A DNA stretch of 64,000 nt from assembly GCA_963833095.1 (NCBI GenBank), contig CAWHWQ010000008.1:128001-192000 (forward strand). The letters run 5' to 3'. Position numbers and translations under genes: made by a program. Source of the stretch: Vulcanimicrobiota bacterium. GTDB lineage: Bacteria > Vulcanimicrobiota > Vulcanimicrobiia > Vulcanimicrobiales > Vulcanimicrobiaceae. This document shows, in pieces, positions 30,357 through 41,704 of the stretch. The notes below the pieces were generated by a model that was given only the letters and a program-made list of their open reading frames with translations, searched no databases and had not been told where the DNA came from. Within the stretch, counting starts at the first letter, position 1, and every line of letters starts with the position of its first letter.

Positions 30357-32227
30357 TCATTGATAGGCGTCGCGCACCGCGTGTCTCATGGGAACGCTCG
30401 CCGTGGCGCATCGCCGGATTCATCGCGATCCTAGGCATTGCCGTCATTGCGCTAATCGCGCAGCTCGTGCAAGTCCAACTCGTGCAGGGCGAACGCTACC
30501 GCGCCGCAGCGCTCGAAAACCAGGTGCGCCTGATCGAAGTCGCAGCTCCGCGCGGAATGATCTACGACCGGGAGGGGCACGTTCTGGTGCGCAGCCGCCC
30601 TTCATTCGTTGTTGGTTTGATTCCCTCGGAGATCACCGACATCGACGGTGAGTTGTCGACGCTGGCACGCACCCTCGGCATCGATCAAACCAAACTGCGC
30701 TATCGCCTGCTGCACCACCGCGGCGTGAACTACGAGAATTTTGCGCAAGTCCAGACGTATGAACCCTACGGTCCGGTCGTGCTCGCTAGCGACCTGCCGG
30801 TGGCCAAAGTCGCGCGACTCTCCGAACTCGTCGGCGATTTGCCCGGGGTCGATTTGGAAGTGCAGCCGATTCGCGACTACCCACTGGGTCCCACCGGCGC
30901 ATCGATCTTCGGCTACGTCGGTCAGATCACCGAAACCGAATACCAGAAGCTCAAACATCAGGGTTATACACCCAACGACGTGGTCGGCAAGGATGGGCTC
31001 GAGTACGTCTACGATTCGTATCTGCGCGGGGAAGCGGGCGGACAGCGCGTGGTCGTCGACGCGCAAGATCAAGTCGTTCCCAGTATCAAACTGCCCTCGA
31101 AGGCTGCGGTTCCCGGCGATACGCTGATCACCAATGTCGACGGCCGTCTCGAACAGATCGTGCAGCGCGCGCTCGACGAAGGTATCGCCAAGTGGGCGCA
31201 CGGACGCAAGCTCGCGGGCGCGGTCGTCGCACTTGATCCGTGGACCGGCGGTGTGCTCGCCATGGCCAGTTATCCGGAATTCGATCCCAACGATTTCGCT
31301 GCCGACAATTGGAAGCGCGTTTCGCGCTATCTGCTCGACCCTACCGATCCGCTCTTCAACAACGCGATTGGCGCGGCCACGCCGACCGGATCCACGTTCA
31401 AGATGGTGACGGGAAGCGGTGTGCTCAGCGAGGGCCTGGTCAAACCCAAAGAAGTCGTCTACGACAGCGGCCAGTGGAATTGCGGCGGCTACATCGCGCG
31501 CGATATCGCGTCGGGCGGACTCGGCAACACGACCTTCGTTCCCGCGTTGGCCGCTTCGTCCGACGGATTTTTCTATCAAATGGCCTGGCGGCTCGGTATC
31601 GCCCGTCTCACCAAATGGGCGCACCTCTTCGGCGTGGGCAGCAAGACCGGCATCGATCTTCCGGGCGAAAACGCCGGCAATTGGCCGACCAACGCGTGGG
31701 AGATGAAAGTCTTCGGCGTGCCGATGGAGCCAAGCGAGGTCTGCATGCTCGGCATCGGCCAAGGGGCGATGCAGGCGACACCCCTGCAGATGGCCGACAT
31801 CGCGTCGGCCGTGATCAACGGCGGGACGCTCTATCGCCCGCAAGTCGTGCGCGAGATTCGCACGCCCCAGGGTCACATCATCAAAACGTTTGAACCCCAG
31901 ATCATTCGCCAAGTTCCCGCAACGCAAGAAGCGCTCGCACTCGTGCGCGAGGGAATGGGGAAGGTCACCGATCCCGGCGGTACCGCCTACGGCCTGAAGA
32001 TTGCGGGACTCCCGTTCTCAGGTAAGACCGGAACGGCCGAAACCGGCACCAACGGTGCCGGCGCCAACACGACCTGGTTCATCGCCTGGGCGCCGTCCGA
32101 TCATCCCAAAATTGCGATGGCCGTTTTCGTCGATCGCAGCGGTGGCTATGGCGCAACGGTCGCGGCGCCGATCGCGCGCGACATTCTCGTAAAGTATTTC
32201 AAGAAGAGCGCGGCCTATGCGCCGTAG
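30353..32227 (+). CDS. mrdA: Penicillin-binding protein 2
   Basis: APRGMIYDR, GKDGLE, GSTFK (SxxK), SSD and KTGT motifs. Confidence 0.95.
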   Translation: MIIDRRRAPRVSWERSPWRIAGFIAILGIAVIALIAQLVQVQLVQGERYRAAALENQVRLIEVAAPRGMIYDREGHVLVRSRPSFVVGLIPSEITDIDGELSTLARTLGIDQTKLRYRLLHHRGVNYENFAQVQTYEPYGPVVLASDLPVAKVARLSELVGDLPGVDLEVQPIRDYPLGPTGASIFGYVGQITETEYQKLKHQGYTPNDVVGKDGLEYVYDSYLRGEAGGQRVVVDAQDQVVPSIKLPSKAAVPGDTLITNVDGRLEQIVQRALDEGIAKWAHGRKLAGAVVALDPWTGGVLAMASYPEFDPNDFAADNWKRVSRYLLDPTDPLFNNAIGAATPTGSTFKMVTGSGVLSEGLVKPKEVVYDSGQWNCGGYIARDIASGGLGNTTFVPALAASSDGFFYQMAWRLGIARLTKWAHLFGVGSKTGIDLPGENAGNWPTNAWEMKVFGVPMEPSEVCMLGIGQGAMQATPLQMADIASAVINGGTLYRPQVVREIRTPQGHIIKTFEPQIIRQVPATQEALALVREGMGKVTDPGGTAYGLKIAGLPFSGKTGTAETGTNGAGANTTWFIAWAPSDHPKIAMAVFVDRSGGYGATVAAPIARDILVKYFKKSAAYAP

Positions 32228-32241
32228 CTACATCGCGGACA

Positions 32242-32515
32242 TTACGCGCGCGACGCAATAACGATCAACGCATCCGCGGCAGCGTCACGAACGTCGGCGC
32301 TTTCGGCGGAATCGCGCAGGCGTTCGAGCTCGCGAACGCTTGTTGCATCGCCGAGGGTCAAAAGGTCGTCGATGCGTTCAAAGGATTCCGGCGCACGTTG
32401 CGGCGCCGGCTCCGCACGGCGCTCGCGCAACCAGTACGGTGCCCAACGCAAAGAGCAGCGCGCCCACCAGAAAGACAACGACGAGGATCGTGGCGCCTGA
32501 ATTATTCGAGAGCAA
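32242..32515 (-). CDS. Small TM + HEAT-like protein, frameshifted near 32420; paralog of 35780-36181
   Basis: TTG 32515 gives MLSNNSGATILVVVFLVGALLFALGTVLVARAP, then ERIDDLLTLGD...VRDAAADAL in another frame. Confidence 0.55.
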
Positions 32516-35500
32516 TCTGTGCCGCGCCGCGCAACGCATCGATCGCGTTTGCTAGCGCACCATCGAGCGTACGATTCACACTCGACGTCAGGACTCGATG
32601 GAATTCTTCGATCGGCAACTCGCTCAATACGGAGAGAACATGCAGCAGTTCGCCGCGATAATTCTCAAGCGCTTCGGAACGCTCGCTGCCGTGATAGATC
32701 GTCGTCCCCAGCAACTGCGCGTTGAGCAGCCAAGGCGTGACCGCGCCGAGCGGCGCTGATTCGAGATCCGGGAGTAGCGACTGCACGACGTCTAGCTCGA
32801 TTGCGCCCGACACGCGCACGGTGCCCTCACCCGGCGCGCGCGGCGATGCCGTGGGCGCAAAACTCAAGCCTTCGACCACATCTCGCAGGGCTTCGCGACT
32901 CTCGCGATCTTCCAGGTCTTTGCCGGTAATCGTTAAGCGCGGCATGCGCAAGCGCACGAAGAGTTTCTCGAGCGGCGCGCGCAGCGCACGGCTTGCATTC
33001 GCAAAGGTCTCGTCGACTGACGCCGGCGCGTCTTGCGCGTGCTCGGGGAAGAGCAATCGCACGGCAAAGAGATGCTGAACCAGTCCGCCCGCGCTATTGC
33101 TGCGCTCGAGCATGCGCAGCGTATTGCTCAGGCGATCGGGCGAGAAATCGAGATACAGGACCGGCGCTTGGACTCGCTCATCCGTCGGGACCGGTGAAGC
33201 GGGCGTCTGGAGCGGCGGTTCTTGCGCGACGCCGATCGTGATCGATTCGACCAGTTCGGTAATGGCTCGTGGCGCTCGCTCGGCCACGGGAACCGCCGGC
33301 GCCTCGGGGATCGGCTCCGGCTCGGGAATCGGCGGCAGTTCGAGCGTGGATCTTTCGACCGGGAAAATCCGAGCGATCGAGATCGGCGTGCCCGCCGTCG
33401 ATTCACTCAAGCTCGGCTGCGCCTGCACGCGCACCGTCGGCGCAGCGACGGCGAAAGTCGTGCCCTCGCCCCACTCGAGAATCGCGCGCGTGTCGAGCGC
33501 GGTCCCCGCCGCAAGCGGTGCCATCACCATCATCTCCCAACGGATCCGCAGATCGACGCTGGGATTGACGTCAGCAAGGACGAGTCCGCGTGCCGACCAC
33601 AGCTGCGAGGCCCCCGAATCATCGGCGATCGTCATCCCGTTGATTGTGGTTGACGAAGGCACGTAGACCGCGAGATTGGTTGCGACGACGCGCACCGTCA
33701 GACGATCGGCCGGCCCGTCGCCCTCGTTGCGCAAGCGAATTTCGTAGTAGAGCCGTTCGCCCGAGTTGACGCTTTCCGAGGGAATCGCCAAAATCTGCGC
33801 ACCGTGCGCAAACTGCGCTTGTGCGAACGTCGTGACGTCGAGTGGCGCAAATTGCACCGGGCTTATGCCCTTTGCGTGCAGCCAACCTTCAAGCACCAGC
33901 GTGCGATTGTTGTCAACCGCGCGCACAAGCCGGAGCGTGATCCGCGACTCGTGCGTCGTCTCGGCCGGAATGTCCGCAAACGCGAGCCCATCACGATCGC
34001 GACGCGCATCGATGGCACGCTCGATCGTCAGTTCCGGCGGAAGCGTAAGCGAGAGGCGCGCATCGCGCAATACGTCGGAGCCCGCGTTAACCACACGCAC
34101 GATCGCATCGACCGTACGCCCAGGGCGCAGCGGTTCGTGCGAAACGAGTTCCCATGCAACGCTTTCGACCGACGGGCGCGAACGCACGACCGTGGTCGCG
34201 GTGCCCAGATCAATCGCGCCGCCGCTGTGTTCGAGCACGGCGCCCAACGTGACCGACGAGCGGTCGGGAACACGTGATGCGATCGTGGTCAGAACCGTGA
34301 AAACGCGCTCCTGATGCGGATGCACGAAGCCCAACGCAACCGGCACATCGTAGGGAATGGTATCATCGGCGGTCTCGCCGATGCGCAGATCGGTGAGGTA
34401 CAGCCCAGGAATCAGGCGCAACCGCACATCGGATTCGGGCGCCGTGCCATCATTGAAGACGTGCACGGTAAAGGCAAGCTCTTCACGCGCCTGCACGACG
34501 CCGCGCTCGGCTTCAACGAAATTGCGCGCGCGACTAAAGCGCGGTGCAACGCGCACGGCTAAACGCCGCGAGAAGGTGCGCTCGCTACCTTTCCAACGCA
34601 ATGACGCGTCGATTGGGAGCGCGGTATCAGCGGTCGTCGGCACCGCCACCGTCGCGGAAATACCCGCTTCAACCATGTGCCCGGCCGCAAGCGAACCCAG
34701 CGAAAACGTCAAATTTTCAATCGCATCGTCGCTCACCGGTTGTCCGTCGACGTGCGCTGTGCCCGGAGCGTATACGAGGCCCGGCGGCAGCACGAATGCG
34801 ATCTGAACGCGATCGGCGATGCCCGTACCGGTATTCATCGCGCGCAACACCATCGGCACGCGCATGCCCGGCGTCACGACGTCATCGCTAATCACGGTCA
34901 GCGCCGTATCTTCCCCTTCGAAGTCGACCGGCGAGGCGACCACAATCTCGGACGAACTGATCGAAAATTCCGAGGTCTCGCGCGAACCGACGGTACCCAA
35001 GGCTTTGACGCGTGTTCCGTCACCCAGCGGCGAATCGATCGTGGCTTGATATTCCACAACGACCGATTGAGCGGGAGCGAGCCGCTCGCTCACGATCGTC
35101 GAACTATCGTAGTCGAACGCTTCGCCTTCGAGACCGGCAACGACACGGCCGTCGATGCGCGCACTGCGCGCAACATAGGTCGTGTGATCCGGAGCCGGGA
35201 GCACAACGATCACATCGTGCGCGCTCGAGCTGCCGGTGTTGCGCACGACCGCTCGCACGGTAATCGCGTCGCCCGGACGCGGCGTGCTCGGCGCCGCAAT
35301 GGTCACGAAGGTCGCGCTATTTTGCAGCTCGGGACGACTGCGTACAAAGAGCCGCTCGATGTTCGAACCCACGAGCGGCGTTTGGTCGGTAACGAGGGCG
35401 GCTTGAAAGACCAACTCGCTGCCGTCTTCGATCGTTGCGTTGACCCGGAAGACAGCGGTAACGCGGCGCTGTCCGTTGGGCTCCAGGTCGCCGATCGGCG

Positions 35501-35768
35501 CACCGCTGGGATCGATGAACGACGCTTCGGTCAAAGCGGCGTCGTCGATAGCGTCGCCCCCGGCGACGTGTTCGACGCCCTGCGGATGCGCGAAGCGGAC
35601 ACGAACGCCCGTGGCAGCAGCGCCGCCCAGATTCGAAAAAGAAAAGTGGACGCGAATCGTCTCGCCTGGAGTGACCACGCGACTGGGCTCGAGGACGAGG
35701 GTTCGCAAACTCTCGACCAACGCGGGCGAACCCGGCGCGAAGATCCCGGTCAACGACGTCGAAGCCAC
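32502..35768 (-). CDS. 1088-aa protein: about six Ig/DUF11-like repeats, Pro-rich linker, helical C-terminal domain
   Basis: Repeats of the type PG..I.....N.G...A..V....P....YV..S..IDG; no signal peptide. Confidence 0.8.
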   Translation of the reverse strand: MASTSLTGIFAPGSPALVESLRTLVLEPSRVVTPGETIRVHFSFSNLGGAAATGVRVRFAHPQGVEHVAGGDAIDDAALTEASFIDPSGAPIGDLEPNGQRRVTAVFRVNATIEDGSELVFQAALVTDQTPLVGSNIERLFVRSRPELQNSATFVTIAAPSTPRPGDAITVRAVVRNTGSSSAHDVIVVLPAPDHTTYVARSARIDGRVVAGLEGEAFDYDSSTIVSERLAPAQSVVVEYQATIDSPLGDGTRVKALGTVGSRETSEFSISSSEIVVASPVDFEGEDTALTVISDDVVTPGMRVPMVLRAMNTGTGIADRVQIAFVLPPGLVYAPGTAHVDGQPVSDDAIENLTFSLGSLAAGHMVEAGISATVAVPTTADTALPIDASLRWKGSERTFSRRLAVRVAPRFSRARNFVEAERGVVQAREELAFTVHVFNDGTAPESDVRLRLIPGLYLTDLRIGETADDTIPYDVPVALGFVHPHQERVFTVLTTIASRVPDRSSVTLGAVLEHSGGAIDLGTATTVVRSRPSVESVAWELVSHEPLRPGRTVDAIVRVVNAGSDVLRDARLSLTLPPELTIERAIDARRDRDGLAFADIPAETTHESRITLRLVRAVDNNRTLVLEGWLHAKGISPVQFAPLDVTTFAQAQFAHGAQILAIPSESVNSGERLYYEIRLRNEGDGPADRLTVRVVATNLAVYVPSSTTINGMTIADDSGASQLWSARGLVLADVNPSVDLRIRWEMMVMAPLAAGTALDTRAILEWGEGTTFAVAAPTVRVQAQPSLSESTAGTPISIARIFPVERSTLELPPIPEPEPIPEAPAVPVAERAPRAITELVESITIGVAQEPPLQTPASPVPTDERVQAPVLYLDFSPDRLSNTLRMLERSNSAGGLVQHLFAVRLLFPEHAQDAPASVDETFANASRALRAPLEKLFVRLRMPRLTITGKDLEDRESREALRDVVEGLSFAPTASPRAPGEGTVRVSGAIELDVVQSLLPDLESAPLGAVTPWLLNAQLLGTTIYHGSERSEALENYRGELLHVLSVLSELPIEEFHRVLTSSVNRTLDGALANAIDALRGAAQIALE

Positions 35769-35779
35769 GAGCCTTCCTT

Positions 35780-36181
35780 TTAGTCTAAGAGAGCCAACGC
35801 CTGCGCGATCCGGTCAGCTCTCGCGCCAGGCTGGCCGGCAAGATACGCTTCGACCACCGGACGGCGTCCGTGACCCGCCAGCGCATGCGCGGCGGCGAGC
35901 GAGACGGCCTCGGCTGGATCGCGAAGCGCGTGTTCGAGCAAATTCTGCGAACGTTCATCGTCAAGTGCTGCAACGGCAAAGACCAAGTCGCAGCGCGCGG
36001 CTTCGGAAAGTCCGGCAAATTCCTCGCCGGCCTCGTTGGTCCACGCGGTCGTCGCTTGCAGCGGTGCGCCTTCGCGCGCGCGTCGCGCTTCCGCCAAGCG
36101 ACGCGGTGCGCGCCAGGCATAGAGACCCAACAAGATTCCGGCGATCAGAACGAGGAGCGCCGCAATCGCGATGAGCGACAT
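35780..36181 (-). CDS. Single-TM protein with a HEAT-like repeat
   Basis: TM LIAIAALLVLIAGILLGLYAW, then LLEHALRDPAEAVSLAAAHALA. Confidence 0.7.
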   Translation of the reverse strand: MSLIAIAALLVLIAGILLGLYAWRAPRRLAEARRAREGAPLQATTAWTNEAGEEFAGLSEAARCDLVFAVAALDDERSQNLLEHALRDPAEAVSLAAAHALAGHGRRPVVEAYLAGQPGARADRIAQALALLD

Positions 36182-36183
36182 CG

Positions 36184-39100
36184 CTAGACGGCGTTAGCGT
36201 GCAAGGAGGTGCGAACGACGTCCAGCGCTGCGTCGAGTGCCACATCGCGACGGCGCTGCAACGCGTCAAGGAACTCGGTGCTGTCGGAATCGTCAAAGCT
36301 GTCCAGCCGCGCGACCAGCATGGTGCGGTAGTGCGCGAATTGTGCCGAGCCGTCGGGCAAGAAGCGCGCGAGAATCGCCCACGGAAACGCCGAGGCCAGT
36401 TCGATTTCACCCAGACGGTCGCCGAGTTCGGCGATCTCCACGGGGTCGTAACTACCGCGCAGGACCACGGCTGAACCGGGCGTCTCGGCCGGCGTGCCCC
36501 GCGCGCCGTGCACGTCGTGCAGCAGTCGTTCGAGCGTTGCGCGCGTTGAGGCCGTTTCGATATCGCGCGGCGCGATCACGTAACTCGGCAAGCGCAACTT
36601 GATGAACAGCCGATCGGTTTCGTCGCGCAGCATCTCGCGCATCGATGCGACCGCCCCGACGTGCGTATCGCCGATCGCTTCGGGGAAGAACGCGCGCATC
36701 GCGAACAGGTGGGTCACCAGGCCGTCGAAGCGCGCTTCGTCGAGGAATCGCAGCACGCGCGCATGCCGCTCGGCGGTGAAGGTCACCGCGACGCCGACGC
36801 GGTCGCCGCGCAAGCGCTCCATCGACGTCGCTCCCGTTGCTTGCGGCAACCAGCGCGGGGTATTCCGCACCGGCGATCCGTCCACCGGACACGTCGCCGT
36901 TTCCGCTCACCGGCGTCGCCGGCGGCAGCTCCATGAAGCGATCCTCGGTAAGCATGCGCTGACCGCCGCCGAATGCCGGGCCCACCATACCGTCGAGGCC
37001 GAAGGGCAAGCCCGGAATCGCGTTGGCAAAGACCGGTGTCGCGCGCACCTTGAGTTCGTTTGACGGCATTTCGTCGTGCCTCTCGCCGTCATAGTGAACG
37101 GTCGCAACGTGCATAATGGACTCGCCGGCCGGCAAACCGTTGTGGACGACGTCGCGGAAACGGATCGTCGCTTCGACACCGGGATCGACGTCGTTGAGGA
37201 CGATGCCGCGTTCGCTCGAGAGCGCCGAGAGCGCACCCACATCGCGTATGGGTACGTCGTTGACGGTCGTCGAATTCGGAACGTAAATCAACGACTGCGG
37301 CTGCGCGCAATAAATTTGTACACGTCGCGCCGGGCCGTCGCCGCCGTTGCGGACGTGCAGCGTCCACTCGATCGTTTCGCCGACGTCCACCACATCGATC
37401 GGCTCGCTGCGGAGAGAACCAACCGAGAAGTCCGGCTCGGCCGTCGTCGCGATGGTCAAACGTTCGAGTGGAACGGGCAGCATCGCATCGGCGGTAAGCA
37501 CACCATCGACGGTAACCGGATATTCCTTGGCCAAACTGCGCAACAAGCGCAGCCCAAGGCGTGCCTCGGCTGTGGCGCCCGGGCCGATCTCGCCGAAAAC
37601 GAGCTTAGATTTCTCGCGCGTCGCGCCGTCGACGGTTTCCAGCCGGGCTTCGGGCGAAATATAGAGCCGCACGCGAACGTTGTGCGCTACATCGGTCCCG
37701 ACGTTGGTGATGTGCATGTCGACGTCGGCGAGCTGATTGGGCCGCAGTACCTCTTCGCTCTCGAGACGCAGGTCCGAGCTTTGCGGCGAGAACGAGGGAT
37801 GCGAATCGACGCGCCAGGTCACTTCGCCGAGCGGCGTTTCGCCAAGCTCGCGCGAGTGAACGCTTGCGCCGACGTGCAATTCGCTGCGATCGGCGTAGGG
37901 CGTGCGAACGCGCGCGCGCAGCACGAAGCGGCGCTGGCTGTACGGATCGATCGTCCCGATCTCCGCGGTGTCGCCGTCGAGCGAGACACGCGACGACTTT
38001 TCGAAGAGGCGTACTTCATCCAGAGCCGGATCGATGCGCAGGTGCAGCACCATGTCGGTTGCGCTGGTGCTGCCTTCGTTGGCGACGGTGATGGTCGCTT
38101 CGATCTCTTCACCCGGCTTGACCACCTCGCCGTGCATGCGAGCGATCGCGTTGCGTCGCGAGGGCAGCGACGGTTCGGAGTGGATGGCAACCGTGCGCTC
38201 GAAGCGGCGCTGTGAATCGTCGCCGCGCGCCGGCTCCCACGCAATTGTCGCGGCAATTTCGATGCTCGAACCATCGGCGAGCGGCGAGATAACGATCGCT
38301 TCGCAAAGGAGATCCACGCGCTCTTCTGCATCAATGCGGCCCAAATCGAAGGTCAGCGTCTCGCGTTTCTTCGCTTCGTTAATTGGGCGTCCGTCGATCA
38401 GCGTCGCGCCGCGCACCAGTACCAGCGTATCGGGCAGCTCGAGCGATGCGGTGACGTTCTCGGCGGCGGCAGAACCGGCGTTGAACGCGCACAGCGTCAT
38501 CGTGATGCGCTGCCCCGGACGCACGTCGTAGCGACGGCTCGACCGAAAACGTCGTGCGGTCGTCGTCAAAATCCGGCGTGGACCGGACCACCATCGAGGC
38601 CGGCTCGAGTGCGAACGCCGCGGTCTCTTGCGAGGCGATATGGGCGTGCGCGACGATGGCCGTGCCGTCGTGCAGCGGCGACGCGATCTGCACCCGGTAG
38701 ACCAGGGTCGAGCTGGCGCTCGCGGCCAGGTGGGGGTGACGATCGGCGCGTGAATCCGGTCGAAGGGACTGCCCAAGATCGCGTTCGATTTCGCGCCCGT
38801 TGACGCGAGCCGAGCTGGGGACGTAGCGCGTGTGCTCCGGAATCGGCGACACCACGACCACGTCGTGCGCGCTCGACTCGCCCGCGTTGTGGATGCCTAA
38901 CGGTAATCGTCGCCTCGGCCCCGGGCACCGGTTCCGAGCGGGCCTCGATCGCGATGCCGGTCAAGGTATTTTGGAGGAGCGGGCTTGCTGCGGGCAATCA
39001 GGCGGACGATGTTCGAGCCGACCGGCGGCACTTCAAAGGAAGCGACGGCGGCCTGCAGCTCGATCATCGTGCCGTTCTCGATCGCGCCGGCCACACTATA

Positions 39101-39424
39101 GGAAATTTCGATGCGCCGCTCTTCGCCCGAATCGATATCGCCGATGTGGGCTCCGCTGCGTGAAAGAAGCGGCGAGTTGCCTTGCTCGTCGTCGAGGCTT
39201 GCGCTATCGAGCTGCCCGGTACCGACCAAGTAGACCAGGCCGTCGGGAAGGTTGAAGCGCACACGCACGCCGGTCGCCGGTGCGCCGCCTTGATTGCGGA
39301 ACGTGAAGGTCGCGCGTACCGTCATCCCAGGTTCCAACTCGCGGTCGGGCGAAACGACGAGCGTCCGGAGTCCTTCCGGCAATGTCGGTGCTCCCGGCGC
39401 AAAAACTTCAGATAAGGTGCGCAT
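36184..39424 (-). CDS. Full-length paralog of 32502-35768, broken by several frameshifts
   Basis: Five track ORFs align collinearly with the intact paralog, from FAPG.P.L...LRTLV to GLV.HLFA.R..FPE and LF..LR.P. Confidence 0.8.
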
Positions 39425-39506
39425 GACGCGGTGAACGTTCGCCGTGCGCGGGTGGCCACCTTGACGGTGATAATTCCGTTATGCTCGCCACGAAGGAAAG
39501 CCTACG

Positions 39507-40716
39507 ATGCTTGCGTCACGAAGACGAATTGCCGCTGCCGTCGCCGCCTCGGTTCCGAGAACGCGTTCGAAGTTCTTGCAACGCGCACGCGCAGACTCGA
39601 AGCGAACGGCCGGCGCGTGGTCCACATGGAGATCGGCGAGCCGGATTTCGATACGCCGGAGCACATCAAAAAAGCGGCGATCGAAGCGTGTTGGCGACAA
39701 TCACACGCACTATACGCCGTCGCAGGCATGCTTGAGCTGCGCGAAACGATCGCCGACTACGCCACGCCGCTTCCGCAAGCGTGACGCCGCCGTAGACCGC
39801 TGACGAACGTCGTGATCTCACCGGGCGCAAAGCCGATCATCTGGAACATCCTCTGCGCGCTTCTCGATCCGGGCGACGAGTTCGTCTACTTCGATCCCGG
39901 CGTATCCGGCGTACGCCTCGTGCCGCGAGCTACCTGCAAGCCAACGTCACACGCCGATTCCGTTGCTCGAAGCGCGCAACTGGCGCATGGATCTCGACGA
40001 GCTCGACGCGCGCGTGTCGGCCGAAAACGAAAGCGATGATGATCAACTCGCCGCACAATCCGACCGGCGGCGTGCTGCTCAAGAGCGATCTCGAACGCAT
40101 CGCCGAGCTGGCGCAAAAGCACGACTTCATCGTGATCGCCGACGAAATCTACAGCCGCAACTTCTATTTCGATTCGGCGATTACGTCTCGATCGCCGCGC
40201 TGCCCGGCATGCAGCGAGCGCACGATCATCGTCGACGGCTTCTCGAAAGCGTACGCGATGACGGGCTGGCGCCTGGGCTACGCGATCATGCCGGAGCGAT
40301 TTGGCAAAGACGGTGACGCTGTTCAACAACAACACGTTCAGCTGCGTCGCGACTTCGTGCAGCAGGCGGGCATCGCCGCGCTGACCGGACCGCGATACTG
40401 CGGTGCGTGCGCATGAACGAGATCTTCCGCCAGCGCCGCGACCGTCTGGTCAACGGCCTCAACGCGATTGCCGGGCGTGTCGTGCACGATGCCCGAAGGC
40501 GCGTTCTACGCTTTTCCCAACGTGTCGCAGATCACGAAGGACGACAAAGCGCTCGCGAGCTTCATTTTAGAGGAAGGCAGCGTCGCATGCGGCGGCGGCT
40601 CGAGCTTCGGTCCGGCCGGCGCAGGCTACTTGCGTTTTTCGTACGCGGCGTCGCTCGCAGATATCGACTACGCGCTACACCAGCTCGCGGAGTACTTACC
40701 GAAGTACAAGGGCTAG
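39507..40716 (+). CDS. PLP-dependent class I/II aminotransferase, many frameshifts
   Basis: IGEPDFDTP, PGAK, NSPHNPTG, DEIY, GFSKAYAMTGWRLGY, PEGAFY and LRFSYA occur in order across frames. Confidence 0.9.
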
Positions 40717-41012
40717 TGCAGCCGCTCGCCATCGCTTTGTGTCTCGCCGCAACGGCGCTCGCCGCAGCGATCGTTCGGCTCTGGGTCGGCGTCACGCTGA
40801 TGACCAACTACAAGGTCGACGAGTATTTGACCACGCCGCGCGCGCGAAGGCTCTATTGGACCGGGATTGCGACGCCGTTCGTTATGGTCGGCGCCCTCAT
40901 CGCGCTCGCAAGCATGACCGGAATCTGGTGGGTGACGCTGCCGCCGTGCCTGCTCGCAGCCTTTGTTGTCTGGAAGACCTCATGGGTGCTGCGCATGCGA
41001 TTCAGTGGTTAA
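40716..41012 (+). CDS. Small membrane protein (about 3 TM)
   Basis: GTG overlaps the aminotransferase stop; hydrophobic 98 aa. Confidence 0.6.
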   Translation: MQPLAIALCLAATALAAAIVRLWVGVTLMTNYKVDEYLTTPRARRLYWTGIATPFVMVGALIALASMTGIWWVTLPPCLLAAFVVWKTSWVLRMRFSG

Positions 41013-41050
41013 TACCGCGAATTCTACCGCGACATGCAGTGGCGTTAAAG

Positions 41051-41428
41051 TCAGCGCCTCGGGTGTCGCATCGAGAGCGGGACATCGCTGTAGCCGCTGT
41101 ACGGGCCGATTTCAAGCAGACGGCGGCCGCCGATTCCGGATGTGCTCCCGCAATTATACATGTACGCCAGTAAGTCGAACGCGCGATTCTTAGCGGCGAC
41201 GTCCTGTTGCACGGTCATCGCGATCGGCCAATGGCGTCGCGGAATCTTTGCGACACAGTTCGTGTAGTCGGCGTACCACTCGGCGACCAGTTGCGCGTGC
41301 TTCGTTTGATTGTCTTCAAATTTATATCCAATTTTATATCCGACTTTATAGCCAACGGCGAAGCCGATCGACGTGCCCATCAGCAAACCGATTACAAGCC
41401 CAAGCACAAGTTTCACAGCTGGGTTCAC
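41051..41428 (-). CDS. Hypothetical membrane-anchored protein
   Basis: N-terminal TM, GYKV-GYKI-GYKF repeats, visibly more AT-rich than neighbours. Confidence 0.55.
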   Translation of the reverse strand: MNPAVKLVLGLVIGLLMGTSIGFAVGYKVGYKIGYKFEDNQTKHAQLVAEWYADYTNCVAKIPRRHWPIAMTVQQDVAAKNRAFDLLAYMYNCGSTSGIGGRRLLEIGPYSGYSDVPLSMRHPRR

Positions 41429-41704
41429 TATTATCCCTCGCTAACTTAAGGGGTAAGTTCCGGGAAACGCTTGAGTGTTAACGGGCCGGTGTGGGCATAA
41501 CCGCTCGCAGGCCGATAAGCAGAAAACGGCGCCGATTGAGCGCCAAAATGAGATCGCAGCCCTGCAACTCATACGCACCCTCCGCAATGAGTAGTACCTC
41601 GGGATGTTATTCTGAGGACCCGTTCCGCAGAAATCTTTCGAAGCCTCGGCGCTCCTGCCTGCGTAGTCCTAGCGGTTCACGACTAGTCTGCCGATAAAAT
41701 TCTC

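Noticed and set aside
36184..40716. True pseudogenes for the giant repeat protein and the aminotransferase
   Set aside because: All motifs are present in order at full length and the breaks seen are indels within an error-dense interval; an artefact is more likely, though unproven.
41441..41572. 43-aa Cys-containing minus-strand ORF with a GGAGG upstream
   Set aside because: No recognisable motif or modifying enzymes nearby; too short to support.
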